From IMG/VR virus record IMGVR_UViG_3300005077_000002, positions 128,001-188,693 of that record: a stretch of DNA of 60,693 bases. One strand, given 5' to 3'. The notes under the pieces are model-generated. The model was not told where the DNA came from. It worked only from the letters and a program-made list of their open reading frames with translations, and did not search any database. Below are positions 40,294 to 50,427 of this stretch, piece by piece; position 1 is the stretch's first letter; each line of letters begins with the position of its first letter. This DNA is from a virus (taxonomy: Duplodnaviria; Heunggongvirae; Uroviricota; Caudoviricetes). The position numbers and the translations under genes were made by a program.

Positions 40294-40304
40294 TAGTTAT
40301 GTCA
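40294..40304 (-). promoter_or_regulatory. Phage promoter-like motif TGACATAACTA
   Basis: 20 nt upstream of the scaffold-decoration-capsid block. Confidence 0.75.
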
Positions 40305-40327
40305 AAGTATGAGTATAATTTCCGGTA

Positions 40328-41923
40328 TTAAATGTTGATACGTAAATCGGCCATGATACTGTAAGCGTCATACAATTCGTCAACCTGTTCCATACCGGCC
40401 TGCTTAAGAGCATCCTTTATGGAAGTAATTGCCTGGGAATGATCGAATACGGTATCATGAATCAGCAAATACATCGCCAGAACAGCTTGGTCTACTGAAC
40501 CTAGTTCAATGCGCGTATCTTTATCAGCTGTCAATGTCATATTAAATTCAGTTTTGGACTCAGATGTATCGATGGTAGCAATGGAATCCCCTGCTATTTT
40601 GTGTGCATGACCATCCCGGGTAACATATCTTTCTGCTTTCGGATCCCATGCAGACACCTTGTTAGGCTCAATAGCATTGTTGACTACTTCGTGCCAGTGC
40701 CCGAGAACATAGTCAGTTGAACCGTTACCGGCTTCATTGGTCCACAAAACGTGACGGTGCTTTTTGGATTTGTCATCCTTGGCAAAATCAGTAAGATACT
40801 TGGATGTAGAATCAGCAATGGCGGGTAACATGCTATCAAGCAACAGAATTGAATTCTTAACTGAATTGAATTCTACGGCATCAGCAACTGCAGGAATATT
40901 GGTGGCTTCGGGTTCATCAAAAGTACCACCTAACTTAGCATAGTCCTTAAACTTTGTCAGCAGATTATCAGACACTACTGTATCCCACAGAACCGGATCA
41001 GCAGATACAATCTTTTTAGTGTCCAATGCCTTGCTTATGATTTCATCTGTAATTTCGGACGTGAAACGCCCGCCAGCCTTAACATAAGATTCAACCCTGG
41101 CTACTTCGGAAACACCGGTAATTGAGTCCCATAAAGACCTGTTAGCAATAAATTCCGGATTAATGTCCGGCATGACCGCGGCAATTACCATGTCCAAATG
41201 GCTTTGCGGCGTCCATAATGTTGATACTGGCATAAATACTCCTTTGTACTCAGTGGTATCATTGGTATTAATCTGAACTTCACCTTCAGTATCAAGGAAC
41301 TTGAATGATGTCACAGCAGCAACATGATCGTCGGACCTGTCTGCAGGGAAGTTGACAAAGGATACTTCGTTGTAATCAAGTTCACCTATATCCCAAAAAC
41401 ATAGTTTAACAACGCCGGTATCCTCGTCCTCATATTGTTTACCACGCCTATGCCCGCAGAACTGGCTGTCGGATTTAATACTGGCAAGATCTGTACCGCA
41501 GATAGAGCACTTTACATAACTGCGCGGCGTACTCGGTAAACCGTGGGTAGATACTGTTCTGTAACGGCCATCAATTATTTTAACGATGGCATCTGGATCA
41601 GTAACGAGAAGATCAAGCTGAATGAATCCTTTCAGATTGTCTCCGATATAGCGGGCACCAACAACCTGACCAAGAGGTTCTCCTTCATCATTATGATTAC
41701 GAAGTACCCATTTCTTAAAAGGATAGGTCCATGATTTGGTACCATCACGCATAGCCGATGGATTATACCTGTAATAATTACGATTAATAAATCCGGCGTG
41801 CGTGGCGTCAACAGTAACAAATAGTGCACCACTACTATCAACTTTTACTGAATTATCCTTTACAGTAAATTTGATATCGAGATTTTCTATAAGCGGTAAC
41901 ATATCAGTCCGTAGTTTTGGCAT
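40328..41923 (-). CDS. Prohead maturation protease with Zn-finger insert and long C-terminal extension
   Basis: ATHAG, VLRNHN...PLG, YRTVST, CSIC...CGH...C, EVSFVNFPAD; follows the portal region. Confidence 0.8.
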   Translation of the reverse strand: MPKLRTDMLPLIENLDIKFTVKDNSVKVDSSGALFVTVDATHAGFINRNYYRYNPSAMRDGTKSWTYPFKKWVLRNHNDEGEPLGQVVGARYIGDNLKGFIQLDLLVTDPDAIVKIIDGRYRTVSTHGLPSTPRSYVKCSICGTDLASIKSDSQFCGHRRGKQYEDEDTGVVKLCFWDIGELDYNEVSFVNFPADRSDDHVAAVTSFKFLDTEGEVQINTNDTTEYKGVFMPVSTLWTPQSHLDMVIAAVMPDINPEFIANRSLWDSITGVSEVARVESYVKAGGRFTSEITDEIISKALDTKKIVSADPVLWDTVVSDNLLTKFKDYAKLGGTFDEPEATNIPAVADAVEFNSVKNSILLLDSMLPAIADSTSKYLTDFAKDDKSKKHRHVLWTNEAGNGSTDYVLGHWHEVVNNAIEPNKVSAWDPKAERYVTRDGHAHKIAGDSIATIDTSESKTEFNMTLTADKDTRIELGSVDQAVLAMYLLIHDTVFDHSQAITSIKDALKQAGMEQVDELYDAYSIMADLRINI

Positions 41924-42251
41924 CTGTATTATCTTCCTTAATCGGGATGTCTACTATTGAGCCGCAGCGCTTGCACTTTACCTGGAGTACTGTGCCTGGT
42001 AACACTTTGGCTAGGAGTTTATTGCATTTAACAGGCTCACCAGCCTTTGCAGATTTCTTGGGGTCTATATTTTGACAACGTACTTCTACCATATTGGTAG
42101 CAATGCAATTACCGTGATAGCTGACACGGTGACATCTCTGATTGTTACATTTTATTTCGAATGCGTATGGATTGTCTGTATCTTCATATTTACATAGAAG
42201 TTTGCCGCATGGGCGCTGACAATGAAATTCTGTGAGTGTAGTTTCTTCCAT
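41904..42251 (-). CDS. Tandem Mu Com-like zinc-ribbon protein
   Basis: CQRPCGKLL...EIKCNNQRC and RC...CNKLLAK...VKCKRC. Confidence 0.7.
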   Translation of the reverse strand: MEETTLTEFHCQRPCGKLLCKYEDTDNPYAFEIKCNNQRCHRVSYHGNCIATNMVEVRCQNIDPKKSAKAGEPVKCNKLLAKVLPGTVLQVKCKRCGSIVDIPIKEDNTDAKTTD

Positions 42252-42255
42252 GGCG

Positions 42256-42266
42256 TAGTTATGTCA
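42256..42266 (-). promoter_or_regulatory. Phage promoter-like motif TGACATAACTA
   Basis: 4 nt upstream of the Com-like ATG; TACTTTGACATAACTACG is identical to the 40294 copy. Confidence 0.75.
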
Positions 42267-42281
42267 AAGTAGGTGACGAGT

Positions 42282-43811
42282 CTACATCAAATCCTCGTTG
42301 TCCTTAGACACCTTTGGTTTGACAGACTGTTTGCCATACTGGTTAGCAGGCTGAGCTTTGTTGTCTACGGAGTTGCTGGCAGCTTTCTGTGCCTGTAAAG
42401 CTTTAGCCGCACCAAGCTCTTTAGTGATCATAAAGGAGTATAATTTATCCTGTTGTCCTTCCGGTAAGGAGTCCATACCGAGTTCTTTGCGGAGTTCATC
42501 ATGAGTTATGGCATTTCCGGTAAACAGCTGCAATATATGGTTTTCTTTCTTAAGCTTATTATCCAGGTCAATCTCTGGAATGTGCAGATACACCATGTTG
42601 TCTTCATTTATCGTTTCATCCGTGTATCCGCCTTCAAGCAGCAATTCCCTTATAATGTGGTATTCGAAGTTGTCTTTTATGATTTGCTGAAACTTGATTG
42701 TCGTATTCTGCATCTCGGATGTAACTGTCTGGGCAGTTGCACGGTTGGATGTAGATCCATCACCCATACCGACTTTTGACATGCCAAGCCCGGATAATAT
42801 CCGTTGCCACCAGTATTCCAGATAAGGATCAAGATCAAGAACCTGGTCACCGCTGGCTACATTGCTTATATCCACTCTGGAACTTGTAACGATAACTCCA
42901 TCAGCAGGCAGCGTGTCGATGTATGATGCTGTGCCATCTATTTCAGGTTGGGTAGCCGGTTTATCTTTTTCACCTACTTTAGCATGATAGCGCGGGATAC
43001 TGAATTTTATGGCCTGAAGCAAGGCTAATTCTTCGGTTTCACGTAAAGCTTTAACATCTGCAATTACCGGATTAATCATGGGCATGGCGAAGAAAAACTG
43101 AGAATCAGTTACAGACGAATCTTTGAAAAATACAATATCATCAGACACCCATTCCGGTGCCTTCTTGAACATCTTCCATCCTCTGAGCGGACGCTGTTTC
43201 CATTTACGAACAACACCGTATTCATTCTTGTCAACCATGATGGTCGTCGGACTAATAATGAAATATCCTGCGACCGGTTTGAGAGTTTTACCATCAAAAG
43301 TTGTACGGATATTGCCGCCGCTGGCGTTCTCGTTACGTTTCTTTGATAAGATAACATTACCATAGGCAACGAGCGAGTAAGCTATCTGATTCATCAGCTG
43401 GTTGGTGGTTACGTTGCTGACCTGGGATATCTGCCTGAATCTTTTACGAATATAGTTGGCGGCATTCGTGTTTTTACTTACGAACTGGAATCCGTTTTTC
43501 CAGATCTGCTCTACATACTTTTCAACAGCTCTGCGCAATAATGTTTCCTTGCGCAATGCCTGTTCAACCTTATCAAAATCCCATTCTGGGTCTTCGTATA
43601 CACCACGCATTACCTGGGTAAAGAACATCATGACTTCCTGGCGTATACGTTTAATCATACGGCGGCCGCTGACCTTTACGGGAGTGGTGACTGGATTACT
43701 TTCATCATGCAGACCAAGATTGCTCATATTTGTAATCCAGTTAGAATTTATCTGGTCAAGCTTGTCATACAGGCTGGTATCAGTTTGTTTCTTCCAGAAT
43801 TTAAGATTCAT
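42282..43811 (-). CDS. Portal protein
   Basis: 509 aa between TerL and protease; LVAYGNV, PRYHAKVG, GDGSTSNRATA, GNAITHDELRKELG. Confidence 0.85.
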   Translation of the reverse strand: MNLKFWKKQTDTSLYDKLDQINSNWITNMSNLGLHDESNPVTTPVKVSGRRMIKRIRQEVMMFFTQVMRGVYEDPEWDFDKVEQALRKETLLRRAVEKYVEQIWKNGFQFVSKNTNAANYIRKRFRQISQVSNVTTNQLMNQIAYSLVAYGNVILSKKRNENASGGNIRTTFDGKTLKPVAGYFIISPTTIMVDKNEYGVVRKWKQRPLRGWKMFKKAPEWVSDDIVFFKDSSVTDSQFFFAMPMINPVIADVKALRETEELALLQAIKFSIPRYHAKVGEKDKPATQPEIDGTASYIDTLPADGVIVTSSRVDISNVASGDQVLDLDPYLEYWWQRILSGLGMSKVGMGDGSTSNRATAQTVTSEMQNTTIKFQQIIKDNFEYHIIRELLLEGGYTDETINEDNMVYLHIPEIDLDNKLKKENHILQLFTGNAITHDELRKELGMDSLPEGQQDKLYSFMITKELGAAKALQAQKAASNSVDNKAQPANQYGKQSVKPKVSKDNEDLM

Positions 43812-43812
43812 A

Positions 43813-45153
43813 TTACAATCCCAACTTTGTTAAAATCTTGGCTACACGCTGAGCAGATTGGGCTGATAGTTTATCAGCACAGTTGCCCTGAACGCTCGCA
43901 ATAGCTTTAACCCGTGCTTCAGCCTGCGGTACAGCCAGATAATGTGTTAAAAATCTTTCAAGTTCATCCGCCGTTGGTTCATTGAACAATCTGGATGCAT
44001 CTACAACCGGTACCCCATAACTGGTATTTACCTGTATCTGTTTTCCGGTAACCTGACTTATCGTACCTCCAGTTTGCACACTTCCATTTCCAGAACCACT
44101 TTGCTGGTCACCAGAAACACTGATATTTGCCAGTACATCCCCAGCATTTTCGGTATCAGTATTGGTACCAAACTCATCTGTAGATGTGTCACGATTGGGT
44201 AAATTAGCAGACGGCGTGTATTGACTATATATGTTTGGAGAGCATAATTGCCACGCGTCTATAGCTTCTATCAGCGAATTAATTATCTTAACAAGGATAT
44301 CTATAACGGACAGATTAGCCTGTACTTGCAGTTGTTTAATGGCAAGAGCGTTATCACGCTGCAATTTTAACAGCGCCATATACATTTTGGACCGCCACTT
44401 ATTAATAAAGCCATCCACTGAGTTGACCAGAAACATATACAGAGCTTTAATCAGTCTGAGAAATCCGAAGCATAATAGTAACTTAGAATTTGTTTTGGTA
44501 AGGGAGGACATAAGTTTCTGCATGATATGACTGTATATAGTACGGGTAAGAGATGTAAACAGCGATGTAAACATCTCATCCAGCATTTCCGCGATCATGC
44601 CAACTATATTAAGAGAGAATTTAATAGCTGATAGAAACAAACTTTGTTCAAGTGTCTTTCGAACCGTAAGTAATACCGTTTTTATAACGACCAGCATGCG
44701 CCTGGTATCCTGTACAGTTTTTAACTGTCCGGCCGAAATACCGTCTTTACCATCAATGGATGCTAAAGATGTAATAAGACAGCATGCGAAATCAGTTACA
44801 TCAAAATTATGAGTCAGCGCACGCAGAGCTTCGGTTTGTATACGCTGAGAATATTCAAGTTTCTTGGTCAACAACCATCTGTTGATACCATCAATATCGT
44901 TCTTCTCTAAGTGGTCTTTGAGTTCTTTCTGATCCCTAATGAATGATGCTTCAAGTCTTTCAGGAGTCCAGTCCCTATTGACAATAACATCAAGATCAGC
45001 AATAAATGAATCTATACTGTTACGCTCTGACCAGGTAACACCTATATTGCTGGCTATACTATTAATATCGGTTAGTGCAGAAACTGTGGAATCAGTGACT
45101 TTATCACCGATACTGGATACACGTGATAAAGCACTGTCAAATTCTGTAGCCAT
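43813..45153 (-). CDS. Hypothetical helical protein with hydrophobic segments
   Basis: 446-aa ORF coupled to terL and portal. Confidence 0.6.
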   Translation of the reverse strand: MATEFDSALSRVSSIGDKVTDSTVSALTDINSIASNIGVTWSERNSIDSFIADLDVIVNRDWTPERLEASFIRDQKELKDHLEKNDIDGINRWLLTKKLEYSQRIQTEALRALTHNFDVTDFACCLITSLASIDGKDGISAGQLKTVQDTRRMLVVIKTVLLTVRKTLEQSLFLSAIKFSLNIVGMIAEMLDEMFTSLFTSLTRTIYSHIMQKLMSSLTKTNSKLLLCFGFLRLIKALYMFLVNSVDGFINKWRSKMYMALLKLQRDNALAIKQLQVQANLSVIDILVKIINSLIEAIDAWQLCSPNIYSQYTPSANLPNRDTSTDEFGTNTDTENAGDVLANISVSGDQQSGSGNGSVQTGGTISQVTGKQIQVNTSYGVPVVDASRLFNEPTADELERFLTHYLAVPQAEARVKAIASVQGNCADKLSAQSAQRVAKILTKLGL

Positions 45154-47477
45154 TATAAATTCCTGTCTCCGCGTCGTGTCATGGATGCAGTCCTGTTGGA
45201 ATGTCCACGCCGCGTCATACTGATATTGGACTTATCCTTGAGTTCGTCTTCAAACTCATCTGGTGGTTCACCGGGCTTTGCATAATCGCCGTAGTCATGT
45301 ACCAGTATCCCGCCATTCGAATATTTATATCCTGCAGGAGCAGCACCCATAGTATTTATCCTGGTGGATGATACACGATGTCTTAAAGCGTTATCACTTG
45401 CGGATGTGTTCTTTATATTAAAATCGTAATGCAGGAAATTGTCATGTTCCTGGTAGTAGGCATACAAAGCTAACATCAAAGCATCCAGTTTGTGATCACC
45501 GGCCGGGCCGGCTTCATACACATCACCACGTTTGCCGCGCCTGGCAACATTATACTGGCGTAACTGTGCGACCAGACCATGATCATAATCCTCAACGGCT
45601 GTACCTTCGGTATTGACAGCCGGTACACACAGCATGTGGCTTTCAAATGTGTTTTGAGCCAGCATAACAATAAAGTTCTTGGCCTGGTGATTCAATTTGT
45701 CCTGGGTAACCGGATCAATCGTTTCTATAACAGAACTAAAATCGAGAACATTCATGTGGTCCAGTAAATGTGATAAACCAATAACTTTCATACCCGTAGC
45801 GGACTGGCCATTCTTGATAGACTGCCGCAATAATTCCCAGTTGGTATGACCGTGGCCATGATCGAACATGGACCAGTGAGGTTTAATCTCCATCATCAAC
45901 TGTAATACAGCATCAACGGCTTTAACGTTGATATAATCCAAAGCGTCTATGCTGACAGTTCTGAATATGCGAAACTTATTGAAGATCGGGGTTGTATTGG
46001 TCAGTTTCCAATCGCCACGATTATAGATGACTGATTTAATAGGTACATTTATGTGCTCGAGAATAACAATTTGTACACCATTATTAGTCTCATTCCAGTC
46101 TACACCAAGTGTATAATAATTATTTGGATTGTATTTCAAATCCTTATAATCATACACATACAAACATTCATCTACGTCTGAGTGTCTGAACACACCTTCC
46201 ATGGCCTCACCAAATTCGGCCTCGTATTCGCGGCCGTACTGGCTTCTGGTTGTGGTGGCCCGGACAAACATTTCATTTTCTTTTGTCCACTCCGGAGATC
46301 TGCTGGACGGCACGTGAAATTCATGGAAATTGAATTCTGGCCTGTGTTTGTTTACGGATACATTGTAAAAGAACTCTCTACGCCCGGATGGTGTGGAAGA
46401 AAGAATTGTTTCAGTATGGCTGAATGTGGTTGCTATAGGCCAGATATCTTCCAGTAATACTTTAACAGGAATATAGTCTGCTTCGTCTACAATCAGCTTG
46501 TCTGAGCTGTTGTGTACAAGTATGCCACCATTATGCATCTTAGATACGGAAAATCCGGATTCTTCAACTTTAGCCGGATAGAAAGCAAGAAAATGATGGT
46601 AGTCTTTTATTTCAATATCATATACCGGTAGTTTGCCGATGTGTTTTATTACAGCGACTCTGGCCCAGTTGATATTAGCGTATGGCAGATACCCTGCATC
46701 ACCAAAATTGTTGACTGTAGCTATCGCGTCAACGTATAAAGGCTGATGAGTTGCTGTCGTACGTATTTTGGATACCTCTGTCCATCCCTTGCCGCGCACA
46801 AATAAGGGATGATTATCAGTTAATATCAGCCTGCGGGCCGCGGTAGTCCGTAGTTCATAAACATCCTGTACCCCATTGGTAAATGATTTGACTACTTCAC
46901 CAACAACCATATGGTGTTTTTCAGGATGTACGGTTAATACCTTATCACCCGGAACAATCTGTTCAATAGGCTTGCACGTATTATCAGCCATAATGACCAT
47001 CGTTCCTTCAGCTAAACATTTACCGCGGATAGATGAATTGGCCACCAGGCCTCGTATGACAGATCGATTTGCGAATTCAAGTTCGAACGGTTTCTTACGG
47101 TAGGAAACTATACTGTTTTTAATATGTGGTGAATCAAATGACATACGGCGTATAAGATCAAAAAGTCCTTCTACCTGAGTTTCGTAAGCTGCTGTGAGGA
47201 GCACCTGTGCAAAACTGTGCGTGAACGCATACCATAATCCTTCTATAGCTAGGTATGTGCTTTTCCCGGTTCTACGACCAAGACGCATTATCTTTCTGAA
47301 ATGCCGATCCAGAAGCATTTTAGCCTGGTAATCGCGTAGTATCAGCGGTTCAGTTGGTCTTGACGGATTCATTAGATGTGCTTCAGCCCACATGTGTGGA
47401 TTAGCTATAACGATCATCTCCGCCATATCAACATCAGTTAATTCTGGAGGTAATATTATGCTTGACTTTGTCTCCAC
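45153..47477 (-). CDS. terL: Terminase large subunit with mini-intein
   Basis: LRDYQ, Walker A GRRTGKS, Walker B LIVDEAD, SSTP, EYEAEF, nuclease GVDWN...DHKLDALMLA. Confidence 0.93.
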   Translation of the reverse strand: METKSSIILPPELTDVDMAEMIVIANPHMWAEAHLMNPSRPTEPLILRDYQAKMLLDRHFRKIMRLGRRTGKSTYLAIEGLWYAFTHSFAQVLLTAAYETQVEGLFDLIRRMSFDSPHIKNSIVSYRKKPFELEFANRSVIRGLVANSSIRGKCLAEGTMVIMADNTCKPIEQIVPGDKVLTVHPEKHHMVVGEVVKSFTNGVQDVYELRTTAARRLILTDNHPLFVRGKGWTEVSKIRTTATHQPLYVDAIATVNNFGDAGYLPYANINWARVAVIKHIGKLPVYDIEIKDYHHFLAFYPAKVEESGFSVSKMHNGGILVHNSSDKLIVDEADYIPVKVLLEDIWPIATTFSHTETILSSTPSGRREFFYNVSVNKHRPEFNFHEFHVPSSRSPEWTKENEMFVRATTTRSQYGREYEAEFGEAMEGVFRHSDVDECLYVYDYKDLKYNPNNYYTLGVDWNETNNGVQIVILEHINVPIKSVIYNRGDWKLTNTTPIFNKFRIFRTVSIDALDYINVKAVDAVLQLMMEIKPHWSMFDHGHGHTNWELLRQSIKNGQSATGMKVIGLSHLLDHMNVLDFSSVIETIDPVTQDKLNHQAKNFIVMLAQNTFESHMLCVPAVNTEGTAVEDYDHGLVAQLRQYNVARRGKRGDVYEAGPAGDHKLDALMLALYAYYQEHDNFLHYDFNIKNTSASDNALRHRVSSTRINTMGAAPAGYKYSNGGILVHDYGDYAKPGEPPDEFEDELKDKSNISMTRRGHSNRTASMTRRGDRNL
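46509..47018 (-). mobile_element. Mini-intein (170 aa) in TerL ATPase domain
   Basis: CLAEGTMV...LTDNHPLF...VYDIEI...ILVHN followed by Ser. Exteins join as IRGK|SSDKLIVDE, just before Walker B. Confidence 0.93.
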
Positions 47478-48289
47478 ACCATCAACCCATCACATATGTT
47501 ATCAGCTTCTGTCTCGACCATGACTGTACTTTCCACACCAATTGGATCAACTTTCCATATCCAGTCATGCATAGTTTTGTCAAAGTTTATGTTTTTAAAT
47601 TGGTGAATGCCGGCAATACTGCTAAGTATCTTCAGACTTGTTTTATCAGATATGTACAAACTTGCCGTACGCCGAGTCTTTGCAACCATGCCTAATCTGG
47701 CAAACAGTTGCACGAGCAACGGCCTGCTGGCTTTATTTAACTTGTAAATATTAAACAGCTTTATGCGCAGAGCTGGTCTCATACCTTCAATCTTTAGTCC
47801 AGGAAATCGTTCTCTCATATAACTGCCAAGCGCCAGTCTGAGAGATTTTTCATCCAACAAAGTAAAATAGTCCGGTACAGCTGCCGTAAATCCTATTGGA
47901 GCTGATGCTGCAACCAGGTTAGCCCAGTTTGATGAAATGGACTCCGTACCAAATATCGGAATGTGTCTTGGTACCGTAATGATATTGCAGACTTTAATAA
48001 GTTCAGTAATTGAGGATCTGCTGGACGGATGATCAATAAAGTTCGACGAGTTATTCCACCGGCCATCCAGCATAACATCAACTGGCTCACATAGATGTAA
48101 GACACGCTGTGAACCAGTTTTATGTTCTATAACAATACTGTCTTTTGCTGGGCTTATTTCAGCAGGCGCTGCAAGAAACTTACCATCAACGTATGTTACA
48201 AGATTTGTTGTACCAATACGTTTGGAGGCCGGCAACCATGATCCATCCGGACTGAGCAGTTTTTGCCTAGCCGGTATTCTGACGATCAT
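47456..48289 (-). CDS. Free-standing degenerate intein / LAGLIDADG-like protein
   Basis: N-terminal RIPARQKLLSPDGSWLP (block A-like without Cys); central VPDYFTLLDEKSLRLALGSY...LFARLGM...LYISDKTSLK; C-terminal PIGVESTVMVE...DGLMVW (blocks F/G-like without HN). Confidence 0.55.
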   Translation of the reverse strand: MIVRIPARQKLLSPDGSWLPASKRIGTTNLVTYVDGKFLAAPAEISPAKDSIVIEHKTGSQRVLHLCEPVDVMLDGRWNNSSNFIDHPSSRSSITELIKVCNIITVPRHIPIFGTESISSNWANLVAASAPIGFTAAVPDYFTLLDEKSLRLALGSYMRERFPGLKIEGMRPALRIKLFNIYKLNKASRPLLVQLFARLGMVAKTRRTASLYISDKTSLKILSSIAGIHQFKNINFDKTMHDWIWKVDPIGVESTVMVETEADNICDGLMVWRQSQA

Positions 48290-48468
48290 TTATTTAGGTA
48301 TCTGGCTTCTTTCAGTAATCTGCGTTTTTTCGCGGAAGGCTTTTCATAGGTAAGATGTTTGCCATACTCGCCGAGTATATCAAGTTTATCTACTTTGCGT
48401 GTAAACCTTTTAAGCATGCGGTCAAACGGTTCGTTTGTTTTAGGTGTAACTGCTATATTAATAGCCAT
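48286..48468 (-). CDS. rpsU: Ribosomal protein bS21
   Basis: NEPFDRMLKRFTRKV...ILGEY...YEKPSAKKR; 60 aa; SD AGGAG. Confidence 0.92.
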   Translation of the reverse strand: MAINIAVTPKTNEPFDRMLKRFTRKVDKLDILGEYGKHLTYEKPSAKKRRLLKEARYLNK

Positions 48469-48480
48469 GTAGTCTCCTGG

Positions 48481-48810
48481 TTAATAAGTGATAGAATTAT
48501 TGAGTAGTGGCAAAACGCAGTGGCACACCTTGAATTCGCCCTGCTTCGGTTTATTGGAACAACCATTACAAGGGTCATTTGAATTATACGTCACAAAAGG
48601 TACGTACTCACCAGCATAACCAGCTGTTGTAATACCTTCAAATAACTCAAATGGGTGTGTTTTCTGTGGTGATACTGGAGGAACTATGATGATGCGGTTA
48701 GTATCATCTTCTATTAAGACTTTTACACCTTCACCATAGATATCTTTTGCAAGGATAATAAGCTTATTCAGCTTAGTAACTTCATCAAAAGTAATTACGC
48801 GTAATCCCAT
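48481..48810 (-). CDS. Hypothetical protein with C-terminal Cys cluster
   Basis: CNGC...CHC; in operon. Confidence 0.55.
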   Translation of the reverse strand: MGLRVITFDEVTKLNKLIILAKDIYGEGVKVLIEDDTNRIIIVPPVSPQKTHPFELFEGITTAGYAGEYVPFVTYNSNDPCNGCSNKPKQGEFKVCHCVLPLLNNSITY

Positions 48811-48821
48811 ACTATACCTTT

Positions 48822-49718
48822 CTATCTGTGCATCATGGCAGCCTCATTGCCAAACATGCGGTTTGCCGGATTTACCTTTGATCCGTAAACTGCCTGTAGG
48901 GCACGCTGCCTTTCAGTGGACGCTTGCTGCGTCGAAAAAGCACCTGGCAGGTAACCCTGGCCCATATGCTGATTTCTGTTATCTTTTAAATATGATTGTA
49001 CACTGCTGAAACTTGGGGCGAACCTGTCTACTGCATTGCCGGCCATCCATTTCATAATCTGATAAGGAATAGTTGCCCACGATATTGCTGACATGGCAGT
49101 ACCTAATGCTGCGCCACCTGCAAACTTCATAAGAAACCCACCTTTAGTGGAGTTCTTAGCCATAACCTGGAAAACTTTATTACCGACTTTATCCCTTACA
49201 ACACGATGGGCAACATCATCAACCTTATCACCCAAACCGCCAGCAAATCTCATAAGTGTACCGCCAGCATTACCTGTGGTTCTAATTTCCTTTGAGTATT
49301 TCAGAGCATCCTGAACTGTTGCAAACGTTCTGGATGTCATCATACCATGTAGACCAACTTCTCTGGCCAACATCATGGATGCAACTCTGCTGCTCTGAAT
49401 ACCACGGCTCCACATGGCGCGGCCGGCCATCTCGATGCCACTTAGTACAACATTACCAATTGTAGCATTAGCCGCGGCGGATCTTACACCAGTAAACAAA
49501 GTTTTATATCCGAACATACCGCCAAATTGCAAACCACCGTGGTGCACCAACGTTGCGCCAGTCATTACACCAATACTTGCGCTGTGGAGCAAATTGGGCA
49601 TAAGCAGTTCCGATGGTTTTACCCCCAGCTGCTCACCGGCAACCTGACCGGTTACAAACGCAGTTGGAGCTGCGGCCAGCTGATAGTATGGAGTTACTTT
49701 TTTTGGAATTAGCGGCAT
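48822..49718 (-). CDS. Gly/Ala/Met-rich protein, possible internal (ejected) virion protein
   Basis: 298 aa with hydrophobic Gly-rich segments; the role is inferred. Confidence 0.5.
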   Translation of the reverse strand: MPLIPKKVTPYYQLAAAPTAFVTGQVAGEQLGVKPSELLMPNLLHSASIGVMTGATLVHHGGLQFGGMFGYKTLFTGVRSAAANATIGNVVLSGIEMAGRAMWSRGIQSSRVASMMLAREVGLHGMMTSRTFATVQDALKYSKEIRTTGNAGGTLMRFAGGLGDKVDDVAHRVVRDKVGNKVFQVMAKNSTKGGFLMKFAGGAALGTAMSAISWATIPYQIMKWMAGNAVDRFAPSFSSVQSYLKDNRNQHMGQGYLPGAFSTQQASTERQRALQAVYGSKVNPANRMFGNEAAMMHR

Positions 49719-49719
49719 A

Positions 49720-50427
49720 TTATATTATAGACTGATTACGAATTTTGTGCATACTAAGAACCAGATCACCGGTCGCACCAAGATGCCCGACAGGCATTGG
49801 TCCGTTAGGTGATTTATACCAACTGCGGTATCCTGCGCCACTACCCGACGCACGATTATCCATTTTTGGCTGGTTAAGCCCATGTATCTGTTTGTGCATT
49901 TTACTGGCTACGTCAGCGGTCATGGATACTGCTTTAGCCGAGCCAAACATTCCGGCTCCGGCACCAATGGTTGTACCAAGCGCAAGTTTACCAAATGCAG
50001 ACATTTTCGTTGGGCCAAATCCACGTTTTGCGCCTATCAGCAATGTGGTAGCCAATCCGGCAGCAGCTCCGATAATAGTACCCAAACCTATTGCAGTACC
50101 ATAAACATCAGAACTGGATTTATCACCAACCACAAATGAACTTAATGATCTGTATAATTCAGATCCGAGACTCTTGGACGATACTCTTGGCAGATCTATC
50201 ATACCAAGTGGATGAGCAATGTTGGCAACTGCATTTCCAAGATTACTGCCAGTATCCATTCTATCAGGAGTGAAGATATCAACCGGCATTGCAAGTCTTG
50301 CAACCCCCAAGCTAATACCTGCTGCACCTGCGATTGCAAGTGCAGGATATTTAGAAGCTGTGGTCATAAGCTTGCTGGATTTGACAGAATTGAATAATGA
50401 TTTAGTATTTATGCCTTTTGAAATCAT
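49720..50427 (-). CDS. Gly-rich membrane-segment protein, possible ejected protein
   Basis: Gly-zipper-like stretches GTAIGLGTIIGAAAGLA and ALGTTIGAGAG. Confidence 0.5.
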   Translation of the reverse strand: MISKGINTKSLFNSVKSSKLMTTASKYPALAIAGAAGISLGVARLAMPVDIFTPDRMDTGSNLGNAVANIAHPLGMIDLPRVSSKSLGSELYRSLSSFVVGDKSSSDVYGTAIGLGTIIGAAAGLATTLLIGAKRGFGPTKMSAFGKLALGTTIGAGAGMFGSAKAVSMTADVASKMHKQIHGLNQPKMDNRASGSGAGYRSWYKSPNGPMPVGHLGATGDLVLSMHKIRNQSII

